Source: Candidatus Nanosyncoccus sp. (GTDB taxonomy: Bacteria; Patescibacteriota; Saccharimonadia; Saccharimonadales; Saccharimonadaceae). From it: a stretch of 48,448 nucleotides of DNA. The stretch spans positions 1 to 48,448 of the forward strand of contig JAZLJU010000026.1 in the NCBI GenBank assembly GCA_045618065.1, given 5' to 3'. The notes under the pieces are model-generated. The model searched no databases, was not told the origin of the DNA, and was given only the letters and a program-made list of their open reading frames with translations. The position numbers were made by a program, and so were the translations under genes. Shown here piece after piece: positions 38,348 through 47,962 of this stretch (the first letter of the stretch is position 1; every line of letters begins with the position of its first letter).

Positions 38348-39763
38348 TTAATTCTTCGGGAATAGCGGTGTTTCCGGCGGCTCAATTTTACCATCAAAAA
38401 CATCGAAAATCTTTTCCGCAGCTCCTGGCAAAAACGGCTTCAATTCTTGTGTAGTGTTTAATAAATTATTTATCAAATTAAACAAACATTGACTCAACTT
38501 TTCAATTTCGTTATTTTTTGCTAGAGCCCATGGTTTTTGCTCATCAATTTGCTTATTAATATCCTGTATCTTCTCCCATACCAACTCTAAAGCTTTACTA
38601 TACTCAAACTTACCCATGAGTTCCGTATATTCCGAAGATAATTTATACTCATCTTTTTTATCTAAAACAAAATTATTTTTCTTAGCTAAAGTAGCCAATC
38701 TTTGCACTAAATTACCCAGATCATTAGCAAGCTCGTTATTGTAAGCATCTTCAAACTTTTGCCAAGAAAAATCCGAGTCAGAAAAAGTATCAACATGTCT
38801 CAAAAAATAATACCTAAACGCATCGACTTTATATTTATCGATTACATCTATCGGATTAACCACGTTTCCGATAGACTTCGCCATTTTCTGACCATTAGAT
38901 AATACCATGCCATGAGACACAATAACTTTAGGAAGCGGCAAGCCGAGTCCTAAAAGCATCGCTGGCCAAATGATAGCGTGGAAACGTAAAATATCTTTTC
39001 CTACAAATTGCGCCGTTGCCGGCCACCAATCCGAAATATCTTTTTCAGGATATCCCAATACCGTAATATAATTCGACAATGCATCTACCCATACATACAT
39101 TACCTGATTCTCATCTCCAGGCACTGGCACTCCCCAAGAAAGTTGCGATTTAGGCCGCGAAATAGATACATCCGGAGAATCTTCCAATAATTTCAAAATT
39201 TCTTTTTTACGATATTCTGGCAAAATTTTCATCTCTTCAGACTCAATCGCCTCACGAATTTGGTCTTTAAAATCTGCTAATCTTAAATAATAATTTTCTT
39301 CTGATAATTTTTCATATGGTTTCTGATGATCTGGACAAACTCCATGATTTTCTTCGTATTCTTTTTCCGTTACAAAACATTCACAACCTGGACAATACCA
39401 ACCTTCATATTTAGATAAATAAATGTGCTCACTTAATTTTTGCCAAATTTCTTGTACACGTTTTTTATGCTCGGAATCTGTAGTGCGCACAAAATCAGTA
39501 TAAGAAACATTTAGTTTTCTAATAAAATCCTTAAATACTTTTACTTTTTCATCCACAAAATCTTGCGCAGTAATATTACTTTCTACTGCTTTCTGCCAAA
39601 TCTTGCTACCGTGTTCATCTGTGCCAGCTTGCATACGCACCTCATTGCCACACAATACTAAATATCTAGCACAAACATCGGCCAAGCAATAATCCATTGC
39701 ATGACCAACATGCGGCATGCCATTCATATAAGGAATCGCCGTCGTCACATATTTTTTTGTCAT
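38348..39763 (-). CDS. metG: methionyl-tRNA synthetase (short form)
   Basis: TTAIPY.N..PHVGH, GTDEHG, GKDILRFH, KMAKS. Confidence 0.96.
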   Translation of the reverse strand: MTKKYVTTAIPYMNGMPHVGHAMDYCLADVCARYLVLCGNEVRMQAGTDEHGSKIWQKAVESNITAQDFVDEKVKVFKDFIRKLNVSYTDFVRTTDSEHKKRVQEIWQKLSEHIYLSKYEGWYCPGCECFVTEKEYEENHGVCPDHQKPYEKLSEENYYLRLADFKDQIREAIESEEMKILPEYRKKEILKLLEDSPDVSISRPKSQLSWGVPVPGDENQVMYVWVDALSNYITVLGYPEKDISDWWPATAQFVGKDILRFHAIIWPAMLLGLGLPLPKVIVSHGMVLSNGQKMAKSIGNVVNPIDVIDKYKVDAFRYYFLRHVDTFSDSDFSWQKFEDAYNNELANDLGNLVQRLATLAKKNNFVLDKKDEYKLSSEYTELMGKFEYSKALELVWEKIQDINKQIDEQKPWALAKNNEIEKLSQCLFNLINNLLNTTQELKPFLPGAAEKIFDVFDGKIEPPETPLFPKN

Positions 39764-39772
39764 AAAAATATT

Positions 39773-40819
39773 TTACAATACTTCACACTCAAAAGCAAGG
39801 CTCTCATACCTCTCTTGAATAGCGGCAAAAGACAAATCAAACTTTCCAGACGCGTCCGCTACTAAAGAAAAATCACTTCCATTGAAGCTTTCTATGTCCT
39901 CTACTAAAGCATCTTTAGACGAGACTTCGTCCATACCACCACTTTCTTCGTTCATAACGAATTCTTTTAGATGTATAATATTTAATATATCATTTTCATC
40001 AAACTCAGCGCCAATCTCTATAATGCCAGAGCTTGCTCCATCATTTTTTTGAAGTTCATCCGCAGTCATATTCCTAGAGCACGACAAAGTATCTCCCCCG
40101 GCATATTCTTCTTCTGGCTCTTCTTCCGGTTCTTCTTCTACAGCCACGCTAGTATTGGATGTATTATTACTTGTTTGACCATTGCCAGACGTAGCTTGCA
40201 TTATCAAAACAACAACTAATGCAATTATAATCACAGCAACTACCGCAATTAGAGCGATCAATGTATTCTTATTTGTTTTGTTCTTTGGAGAATTAGAGTT
40301 AGCGTTCATTCCCCCAGCATCCGGCTGTGTAGCTGGGTCGTTAAACGAAACATTTGTTGCTTTTTCTTGCGTATTATTAGAAAAAGGATTTGTAGTTGGG
40401 CTATTAGAATCCGTACTTCCACTATTTTCTTCTGGGCCCGAAACCGCCGAACCTATCGAACCAGGGACCGGATCATTCGCTTTCATTGGCGCTTTCAATT
40501 CTTCTTCAATCGGATCTGGTTCAGGGGCCGGTTCTGGCTGCATAATCGGATCTGTAGCTGCCAAACCTTGTTCTTCGCTAGACTGAACAACTGGGCTCAT
40601 AGGACCATTCTGATTAGCTGCCGTAGTTCCAACCCCAGAATTTATCACCGGATTAGCCGGCGTCAAGTTTGGTACTACTGGCTCAACTGGTACGCCGATA
40701 GTCGGTTCTAAATCTGGCTTGGGTTCAGAAACCAGCTCCAGATTCACTCCAGGCGTAGGAGTCGTTTCTGGATTTGGATTTAATATTGGGTTTGATGGTT
40801 CGCTATTATTTGGATCCAT
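39773..40819 (-). CDS. hypothetical Pro/Asn-rich single-pass membrane protein
   Basis: disordered N-half, TM LIALIAVVAVIIIALVVVLIM, acidic C-domain with a Cys pair. Confidence 0.75.
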   Translation of the reverse strand: MDPNNSEPSNPILNPNPETTPTPGVNLELVSEPKPDLEPTIGVPVEPVVPNLTPANPVINSGVGTTAANQNGPMSPVVQSSEEQGLAATDPIMQPEPAPEPDPIEEELKAPMKANDPVPGSIGSAVSGPEENSGSTDSNSPTTNPFSNNTQEKATNVSFNDPATQPDAGGMNANSNSPKNKTNKNTLIALIAVVAVIIIALVVVLIMQATSGNGQTSNNTSNTSVAVEEEPEEEPEEEYAGGDTLSCSRNMTADELQKNDGASSGIIEIGAEFDENDILNIIHLKEFVMNEESGGMDEVSSKDALVEDIESFNGSDFSLVADASGKFDLSFAAIQERYESLAFECEVL

Positions 40820-40928
40820 TTATTTTTTCCTTCAAAAAATTATTTTATAAAACTTATGCTTTTATTATAACATATTTTATTTTAAAATAACAATTCCATT
40901 TTAAAAATGCTTATGCTATAATAAAAAT

Positions 40929-41843
40929 ATGGACAATAACAAAATAATGATTGTAGGAACTGGCAATGTCGGCTCATCTATTGCCTTTGCTCTCCTCAAT
41001 CAACGCACCGCCGTAAATGAAATTATTCTTACCGATATTATCGCTAAAGATGCCGAAGGCGAAGCTATAGATTTAAATGATGCTCTCGCCGTCGCCCCAA
41101 GTTACGTCAAAGTTAGAAATGGAACTTACAAAGATGCTAAAGATTGCGATGTGGTAGTTATCACTGCTGGCGCAATTCAAAAATCTGGCGAATCTCGTCT
41201 AAATCTTTTAAAGAAAAACGTTAATATCTTAAAAGGTATGGTCGACCAAATTATGGATTCTGGCTTCGACGGCATCTTCTTAGTTGTAACAAACCCAATG
41301 GATATACTTACTTATTACACTATGAAATTTTCCGGATTACCAGCCGAACGAGTTATTGGCTCTGGTACAGTTCTAGACTCTGCCCGTTTACGTCGTCGTA
41401 TCGCTAGCTATTTGGATATTAATCCTAAGTCCATTCATGCTTATCAAATTGGCGAACATGGAGATTCTGAACTCACTTTATGGTCTTTAGCCGAAGCTGG
41501 CGGTCAAAAAATTACTGAATTATTACCCAAAAAGACTCTGGATGAAATTTCCAACTTCACCAAAAACGAAGTTTACGAAATTATCGATAGAAAAGGTTCC
41601 ACCTATTACGGTATCGCCACGTGTGTCGTACAAATCCTAAATTGCATCTTTAACGACGAACATCGCATTCTGCCAGTTTCATCCTACGACCATTTTTCCG
41701 ATACCTCTTTCGGTTTTCCTTCAGTCATCGGCAGAAAAGGTATCATCCGTCGCTTAGATCTTAAAATCAGCGAGCATGAAGGTATCGAACTTCAAAAATC
41801 TATCAACACAATTAAAAAGGCAATTAAAGAAATAAAACTCTAG
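40929..41843 (+). CDS. ldh: L-lactate dehydrogenase
   Basis: GTGNVG, TAGAIQKSGESRL, GSGTVLDSAR, GEHGDS, KGSTYYG. Confidence 0.93.
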   Translation: MDNNKIMIVGTGNVGSSIAFALLNQRTAVNEIILTDIIAKDAEGEAIDLNDALAVAPSYVKVRNGTYKDAKDCDVVVITAGAIQKSGESRLNLLKKNVNILKGMVDQIMDSGFDGIFLVVTNPMDILTYYTMKFSGLPAERVIGSGTVLDSARLRRRIASYLDINPKSIHAYQIGEHGDSELTLWSLAEAGGQKITELLPKKTLDEISNFTKNEVYEIIDRKGSTYYGIATCVVQILNCIFNDEHRILPVSSYDHFSDTSFGFPSVIGRKGIIRRLDLKISEHEGIELQKSINTIKKAIKEIKL

Positions 41844-41848
41844 CTTAA

Positions 41849-43186
41849 TTATTCAAAATCTAGCAAAGATTCATAATATAATTTTAGCTCTTCGCCAACA
41901 TATTCATCTTTTTCATATACCAATTCTAATTCTTCCAAAAACTTCGACGCCTGACTCTCCAATCTTGCTCGACGATACCTTTCGTAACTTTCCTCTTCTT
42001 TTTCCGACAAACTTTGCGGAAAATTCCTACCTTTGTAATGTAACAATAATTCCGGCAACCTTTCATCATTAAATTCCGGCTGAAAATCTGCTAATTTATT
42101 CAGCTCGGCATTACGCACTGCCGCCACTTTCACACGATCAGCATTATCCAAAAATCCATCATAAATAGCAGTCTCAGGCATAGTAGATGGCGGAAATTCT
42201 GGGCGATTCTCGTAATCTAATCTCATTTTTTCTGCAAAATCCGGTCGTCCTAATAAGCCTTTCAAATTATCTTCGATTTGCTTTTTATTCAAACCAACCT
42301 TCCGCCAACCATCCGCAAAATCAAGTACCGAAAGCGGCGCCACCGCTGGACATTTGTTCAAACACAATTCTTTCACTATAGGATATGTTTTTTCCTCATC
42401 CAATTCATTTAAATCATATCTCAAGTCATAAACTAGAACATTGCCATTTCTACCAGCAGTCAATGGGAATACTACCGTAGCTTTATTAAATTCTGCCGCA
42501 TATCTTCCACTTACATATACAAAAGGCTGTTTATCTTCTAAATTTACTAATTTTTTAATACTATTTTTGTCTCGCATCTTCAACAAATAATTAAATAACT
42601 TTGGCTGCTTATCACGAATTAATTTCGCCACCGCAATCGTCGCATAAACATCGCTCAGCGCATCATGCGCATGTGAATGTTCCAGATTATTCATTTTAGT
42701 CAAAAGCTCCAAACGATTCGTAGCTTTACCATCTTCAGTTACCGGCCAATTAATTCCCTCTGGTCTAAGTGCACGCGTAATCCGCACCACATCTAGCATA
42801 TCCCACCTACTACGCCCATCTTTCCATTCCCATTCATAAGGATCATAAAAATTCCGCCACAAAATCGCCCGCATAAATTCATCATCAAATCGCACCGTAT
42901 TGTAGCCAAGCGCAATTGTATCCGGTGTAAAAATCTCCTCTGTCACGTATTTACAAAATTCCGCTTCACTAATACCATCTCTTAGAGTCTGTTGCGGCGT
43001 AATTTTTGTCACCATAATAGCGTTAGGGCTAGGCAAACAATCATCCGTAATTTTTATCAAAATATTTACCGGCTCACCAATTGGATTTAAATCCATATCA
43101 GTTCTTTGCCCGGCAAATTGCATAATACGATCTTCTCTAGGTTTTAGACCACTAGTCTCCAAATCATAGAAGAAGAAAGTTTTCAC
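41849..43186 (-). CDS. sbcB: exodeoxyribonuclease I
   Basis: FFFYDLETSG, QFAGQRTD, GYNTVRFDDE, AHDALSDV. Confidence 0.93.
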   Translation of the reverse strand: MKTFFFYDLETSGLKPREDRIMQFAGQRTDMDLNPIGEPVNILIKITDDCLPSPNAIMVTKITPQQTLRDGISEAEFCKYVTEEIFTPDTIALGYNTVRFDDEFMRAILWRNFYDPYEWEWKDGRSRWDMLDVVRITRALRPEGINWPVTEDGKATNRLELLTKMNNLEHSHAHDALSDVYATIAVAKLIRDKQPKLFNYLLKMRDKNSIKKLVNLEDKQPFVYVSGRYAAEFNKATVVFPLTAGRNGNVLVYDLRYDLNELDEEKTYPIVKELCLNKCPAVAPLSVLDFADGWRKVGLNKKQIEDNLKGLLGRPDFAEKMRLDYENRPEFPPSTMPETAIYDGFLDNADRVKVAAVRNAELNKLADFQPEFNDERLPELLLHYKGRNFPQSLSEKEEESYERYRRARLESQASKFLEELELVYEKDEYVGEELKLYYESLLDFE

Positions 43187-43187
43187 A

Positions 43188-43907
43188 CTATTCTGTCTCC
43201 GTTGCCTTTACGGAATCATAGTCCATGCCATATTGCGCGTATTGATAACGCATATATGCTTCATCAAGCTCATTCGAAAGCTTAGAAAGTTCATCGGTTT
43301 TTTCTACTGCCATAATCAAAAATTTAAGTGGCTTATTAGCTCCGCAAGCAATATCTTGTTCCTTGTAGGCTAACTCACTAGGTACAGTAATCTCGCGAAT
43401 TCCACCAAGTTTCATGCCTTCTACTCCGGCTGTCCAACCTTCAATCATGCCAAGTGAAGGATCGAGAATTTTAGCAAAAGCCGTAGGATTATTATTGTCG
43501 TCAAAAGATGAGTCAAAAACGGTTTCATCCGCACACCAGCCTACATAATAAGCTAAATAATTTTCATCCGTCAATTTATCACCAGAACCAGATTTAATAT
43601 CTTTTATATCCACACCGCTAGTGTTAGCTTCAGACTCATTATAGGCCGTAATTTCTGACTTATATTTAATGAATTTTTCATAATCACCCTTGGTTGCCTC
43701 TGAAAATTTAGCAACTTCTTTCTCGTAAGCGTCCTTATACTCAGCAACTTTTGCTTCATCCACTTGGTTCGCAATATCTGTGCTAGATGATGTTCCAGAA
43801 ACTACAATCGCCGCATAGCTCGCGACAATCGAACCCACCATCAAAATCGCAATTAAAATAATAAAAAATCGCTGCTTCGGGCTAGTTTTAATATCTTTTT
43901 CGTCCAT
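43188..43907 (-). CDS. membrane-anchored FKBP-type peptidyl-prolyl isomerase
   Basis: VFDSS, MIEGWTAGVEGMKLGGIREITVPSELAY. Confidence 0.88.
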   Translation of the reverse strand: MDEKDIKTSPKQRFFIILIAILMVGSIVASYAAIVVSGTSSSTDIANQVDEAKVAEYKDAYEKEVAKFSEATKGDYEKFIKYKSEITAYNESEANTSGVDIKDIKSGSGDKLTDENYLAYYVGWCADETVFDSSFDDNNNPTAFAKILDPSLGMIEGWTAGVEGMKLGGIREITVPSELAYKEQDIACGANKPLKFLIMAVEKTDELSKLSNELDEAYMRYQYAQYGMDYDSVKATETE

Positions 43908-43943
43908 ATTTTCTCCACATTTAAATTAATCCCATTATATCAC

Positions 43944-43973
43944 AAAAATTCCCCTAAATATAGGGGAATTTTT
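43944..43973 (-). terminator. terminator after rplO
   Basis: aaaaattccccta-aata-taggggaattttt. Confidence 0.8.
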
Positions 43974-43988
43974 ATTTTTCAAACCTTT

Positions 43989-44456
43989 TTAAGCTTCGGC
44001 TTTTTTAGCTGGTTTCTTAGGAACCGCTACTTTTTTGAATGAGCCACCAGCTTTTTTAACTGCTGAGACAGCAGTTTTAGAAGCAAACTGAGTCTCTAAT
44101 TCAATTTTAGCAGTCAATTCGCCGCGAGTGATGACTTTCACTTTCGCAAACGGACTAGAAATCAACGATTTTTCCGCCAAAACAAAATTGTCAACTTTAC
44201 CGCTCAAATCATTTAATCTGTCAGTATAAACAACTTCTGCTTTTTTATGAATAGATTTAAAACCTTTGAGTTTTGGCACAGCTTGCATAATTGCACGCTG
44301 ACCACCCATAAATCCGGCTGGCATTTTGCGATGACCGGTACGAGATTTTTGCCCCTTAGTACCACGGCCAGCAGTTTTACCTTGCCCAGCTGCAATTCCA
44401 CGACCTTTGCGCATCGGGCGAGTGTTTTTCTCTACTACTAAATCATTATATTTCAT
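43989..44456 (-). CDS. rplO: 50S ribosomal protein L15
   Basis: RKGRGIAAGQGKTAGRGTKGQKSR, GFMGGQ. Confidence 0.97.
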   Translation of the reverse strand: MKYNDLVVEKNTRPMRKGRGIAAGQGKTAGRGTKGQKSRTGHRKMPAGFMGGQRAIMQAVPKLKGFKSIHKKAEVVYTDRLNDLSGKVDNFVLAEKSLISSPFAKVKVITRGELTAKIELETQFASKTAVSAVKKAGGSFKKVAVPKKPAKKAEA

Positions 44457-45154
44457 TACTTATCCTCCTTTTTCTCAGCTTTTACAGCTTTTTTTGGAGC
44501 TTTTTCTGCGGTTTTCTCAGCTTTTTCAGTGACTTTTTCAACTTTTTTTGCACCAGTCCACTTTGAACGTGGAGTTTGTTGCTTCAAGCCTTCAATTACC
44601 GCATAAGCAATGTTCACCTTATTAGTCGAACCAAGTGATTTAGAAATCAAATTCTTTACCCCAGTAAGACCCATAATCGAACGAACTGTACCACCTGCAA
44701 TAATACCAGTACCAGGAGCAGCCGGCTTCATTAAAACGTCTGCACCAGTTACCTTAGTACGAGTCTCATGACAGATAGTTTCACCATTCATTTCAAAGGT
44801 AATCATTGATTTTTTAGCTTTGCGAGTAGCTTTTGCTACAGCGGTTGTCACATCGTTACCCTTAGCTACACCAATACCAACTTTATTTTTATGGTTACCA
44901 ATTGCAACTAGAGCCTTGAAACGCATACGACGTCCACCAGCTACAGTTCTAGACACACGATCTACTGCGATGGTAATTTCATCAAATTCTTTTGGCCCTG
45001 TATCTGCGCCACGCACACGATCGCGACGATTCTTGCGTTCCATTTTGCGTCCGGAAATATCACGAACCTGCTTGGTCGACGCAGTCTTGTCGTCCATCTT
45101 GAGCGTACCAGATTTGTTAATTACTCTTGGGGCTTTTTTCTCATTTTCTGGCAT
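44456..45154 (-). CDS. rpsE: 30S ribosomal protein S5
   Basis: RVSRTVAGGRR, PAAPGTGIIAGG, KSLGS. Confidence 0.97.
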   Translation of the reverse strand: MPENEKKAPRVINKSGTLKMDDKTASTKQVRDISGRKMERKNRRDRVRGADTGPKEFDEITIAVDRVSRTVAGGRRMRFKALVAIGNHKNKVGIGVAKGNDVTTAVAKATRKAKKSMITFEMNGETICHETRTKVTGADVLMKPAAPGTGIIAGGTVRSIMGLTGVKNLISKSLGSTNKVNIAYAVIEGLKQQTPRSKWTGAKKVEKVTEKAEKTAEKAPKKAVKAEKKEDK

Positions 45155-45156
45155 AA

Positions 45157-45486
45157 TTAAAACTCCAATCCTTCTTTGCGAGCTGCATCTGCAAGTGCAG
45201 ACATTCGCCCAGCATATAATTTAGAACCTCGGTCAAATACCACTTTTTTAATCTTAGCAGTTTTGGCGAGTTTAGCAATTTCTGTACCAATTTTTGCTGC
45301 TTTTTCGGTTTTCGAACCAGTCATCTTGCTACCAACTGTAGTTGCATAGCAAAGTGTTACACCTTTATCATCATCAATAATTTGTGCTACAATGTGTTGA
45401 TTCGAAATAAAGACAGTCAAGCGTGGTTGCTCTTTAGTGCCATGAATTTTAGCACGAGTTCTCTTAGCACGGTGAATTTTATTCAT
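45157..45486 (-). CDS. rplR: 50S ribosomal protein L18
   Basis: PRLTVF.SN.HI.AQIIDD, VVFDRG, AR.EGLEF. Confidence 0.97.
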   Translation of the reverse strand: MNKIHRAKRTRAKIHGTKEQPRLTVFISNQHIVAQIIDDDKGVTLCYATTVGSKMTGSKTEKAAKIGTEIAKLAKTAKIKKVVFDRGSKLYAGRMSALADAARKEGLEF

Positions 45487-46022
45487 TATTTCTTACCCGC
45501 CTTTCCTGCCTTACGAAGAATAACTTCATCAGCATATTTAATACCTTTACCCTTATATGGTTCTGGTTTCTTAAGCGCACGAATTTCTGCCGCTACTTGA
45601 CCAACTTGTTGTTTGTCAATGCCAGAAACGGTAATTTCCATTTTGTTAGTAGTTAAAGTCACGCCTTCAGGAGCGGAATATTTAACTGGATGCGAAAAAC
45701 CTAAAGCCATTTCGATGTCTTTAGGGCCGCCCGACAAACGAAAACCTACGCCGTTAATTTCTAGTTTTTTCTCATAGCCTTTAGTTACACCCACAACTGC
45801 GTTATTTAGAAGCGCACGTTGCAAGCCATGCCAAGCACGAGATTTTGGCTCATCGTCACTACGAGTAACGGTAGCCACGTTGCCATCAACCGTAACTTTA
45901 GTCTTTGGCTGGACCGGCACAATGAGTTGACCCTTCGGGCCCGCAACAGTAATCTCGCTGTCGCCGACCGTGATTGTCACTCCCGCCGGAATATCGATGG
46001 GTTGTTTTCCGATTCGACTCAT
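45486..46022 (-). CDS. rplF: 50S ribosomal protein L6
   Basis: MSRIGKQP, LGFSHP, PEPYKGKGI. Confidence 0.98.
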   Translation of the reverse strand: MSRIGKQPIDIPAGVTITVGDSEITVAGPKGQLIVPVQPKTKVTVDGNVATVTRSDDEPKSRAWHGLQRALLNNAVVGVTKGYEKKLEINGVGFRLSGGPKDIEMALGFSHPVKYSAPEGVTLTTNKMEITVSGIDKQQVGQVAAEIRALKKPEPYKGKGIKYADEVILRKAGKAGKK

Positions 46023-46131
46023 GTTTCTCCTTAAATTTTAATATATCTTATCCATTATATCACACTTTTCAATTTTTGTAAACTTATTAACCTTTCACAA
46101 CGCCTATGTTATAATAAAATAAAGGAGGAAT

Positions 46132-47832
46132 ATGAATAGAGCCGGTCAGCCAGCTGAGGCACAAGATTTAATTAATTTAAGCCAAACTTTAAATGATTAT
46201 TATAACTTCGTTCCAGATGTCACAAATCCCCAAGAAATGGTATCTTTTGGTACTTCTGGGCATCGTGGAGCTGCTTCAAAGCACACTTTCAATGAAGCCC
46301 ATATAGTAGCCATCACTGTAGCTATCGTTGAATATAGGCGCAACCGTGGCATCACAGGGCCACTCTTTATCGGATTTGATACCCATTTTCTGTCTTTACC
46401 AGCCTTTAAAACCGTTATCGAAGTCCTCGGCACTACAGATACCAAATTTTACGTCGATTCTCATGTTAATACCACTTCGATTGATGCCGCCATTAAGGGA
46501 GCCGCCCCTGTAGGATGCGCCATCTGGACTCCTACACCAGCGGTTTCTCGAGCAATCATAGAGTATAACCACAGCGGTAATGATAACTTCGCCGATGGTA
46601 TTGTTATCACCCCAAGCCACAATCCACCAGATGGCGGTGGTATCAAATATAACTCCACTAAAGGTGGCCCAGCCAACAGCGAAGCTACTGACTGGATTGC
46701 CAACTACGCTAATCAAATCTTAAAAGCCGGTTTTACCTCTATTCCACGTGTCGATTTTGGTGTAGGCTTATCTAAAGCCGTCAAATTCGACTTCCGCGAA
46801 CACTACGTTTCCGCTCTTAAATCAATTATCGACTTCGACGCTATTAGAGAAGCTAATCTTCTCGCTTTCGTCGATCCATTAGGTGGTTCATCGGTGGATT
46901 ATTGGACCGAAATTGCCAAACATTACGACCTAAATCTCCCTGTGGCCCAAAAAGTCGACCCTACTTTTAGCTTTATGACTCTAGACCACGACGAAAAAAT
47001 CCGTATGGACTGCTCCTCTCCTAATGCTATGGCAGGCGTTCTCGCCCGTGCCAAAGGTTCAGAATATAAAATCATCATCAGCAACGACGCCGACGCTGAT
47101 CGTCACGGTATCATTGCTTTTAACCAAAATTCTCAGGAGTTGAACCTCTTAAACCCTAACCATTATTTAGCAACCGCAATTTCTTACTTATTTGGCGGTG
47201 CCCGCCCATCTTGGAGTCCGTCTGTTGGTGTCGGTAAAACTCTAGTCAGCTCTAGCCTAATAGACCGCGTGGTCATGGGCTTAAACCGAATTTTAATAGA
47301 AGTTCCAGTCGGTTTTAAATGGTTCGTGGATGGATTAATCTCTGGCACTATCGGTTTTGGCGGCGAAGAATCCGCCGGCGCCTCCTTCTCACAAATGGAT
47401 GGCTCTCTCTGGACTACCGACAAAGACGGCATCATTATGGGTCTCTTAGCCCTAGAAATGACCGCCAAGCTCGGCAAAAATCCAGTCGCTCTATACACCG
47501 AATTAGTCGACACCTATGGCAGAAGCTGGTATCAGCGTATCGACGCCCCAGCCACCCCAGAACAAAAAGCCAAACTCAAAAATCTCTCAGAAGCACAAGT
47601 TACTACTGATACTCTAGCTGGCGAACCAATTATCGCTAAATTAACTTCCGCACCAGGCAACGGCGCCAAAATCGGCGGTCTCAAAGTCACTACAAAGAAC
47701 GCTTGGTTTGCGGCCCGCCCTAGTGGCACCGAAAACATCTATAAAATCTACGCCGAAAGCTTCATTTCCGAAGAACATCTACAGCAAGTCCTTACCGACG
47801 CGCAAGCATTAGTCGCCCAAGCCTTATCATAA
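46132..47832 (+). CDS. pgm: phosphoglucomutase (alpha-D-glucose-phosphate specific type)
   Basis: FGTSGHRG, ITPSHNPP, NDADADRHG, GGEESAG, ARPSGTE. Confidence 0.95.
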   Translation: MNRAGQPAEAQDLINLSQTLNDYYNFVPDVTNPQEMVSFGTSGHRGAASKHTFNEAHIVAITVAIVEYRRNRGITGPLFIGFDTHFLSLPAFKTVIEVLGTTDTKFYVDSHVNTTSIDAAIKGAAPVGCAIWTPTPAVSRAIIEYNHSGNDNFADGIVITPSHNPPDGGGIKYNSTKGGPANSEATDWIANYANQILKAGFTSIPRVDFGVGLSKAVKFDFREHYVSALKSIIDFDAIREANLLAFVDPLGGSSVDYWTEIAKHYDLNLPVAQKVDPTFSFMTLDHDEKIRMDCSSPNAMAGVLARAKGSEYKIIISNDADADRHGIIAFNQNSQELNLLNPNHYLATAISYLFGGARPSWSPSVGVGKTLVSSSLIDRVVMGLNRILIEVPVGFKWFVDGLISGTIGFGGEESAGASFSQMDGSLWTTDKDGIIMGLLALEMTAKLGKNPVALYTELVDTYGRSWYQRIDAPATPEQKAKLKNLSEAQVTTDTLAGEPIIAKLTSAPGNGAKIGGLKVTTKNAWFAARPSGTENIYKIYAESFISEEHLQQVLTDAQALVAQALS

Positions 47833-47862
47833 CTAAACTTCACTAACACCACCCCTTAAATC

Positions 47863-47891
47863 TTGACATAATTACCAAAGTGTGATATAAT
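47863..47891 (+). promoter_or_regulatory. consensus sigma70 promoter with no downstream gene
   Basis: TTGACA, 17 nt spacer (with TG), TATAAT. Confidence 0.65.
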
Positions 47892-47914
47892 GAGAATATA
47901 GATATGTCTTAATA

Positions 47915-47946
47915 AAAAATAACCCCCTGCCCAGGGGGTTATTTTT
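47915..47946. terminator. bidirectional terminator (pgm/rpsH)
   Basis: aaaaataaccccct-gccc-agggggttattttt. Confidence 0.85.
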
Positions 47947-47962
47947 ATCTCTAAAGCCGGGG

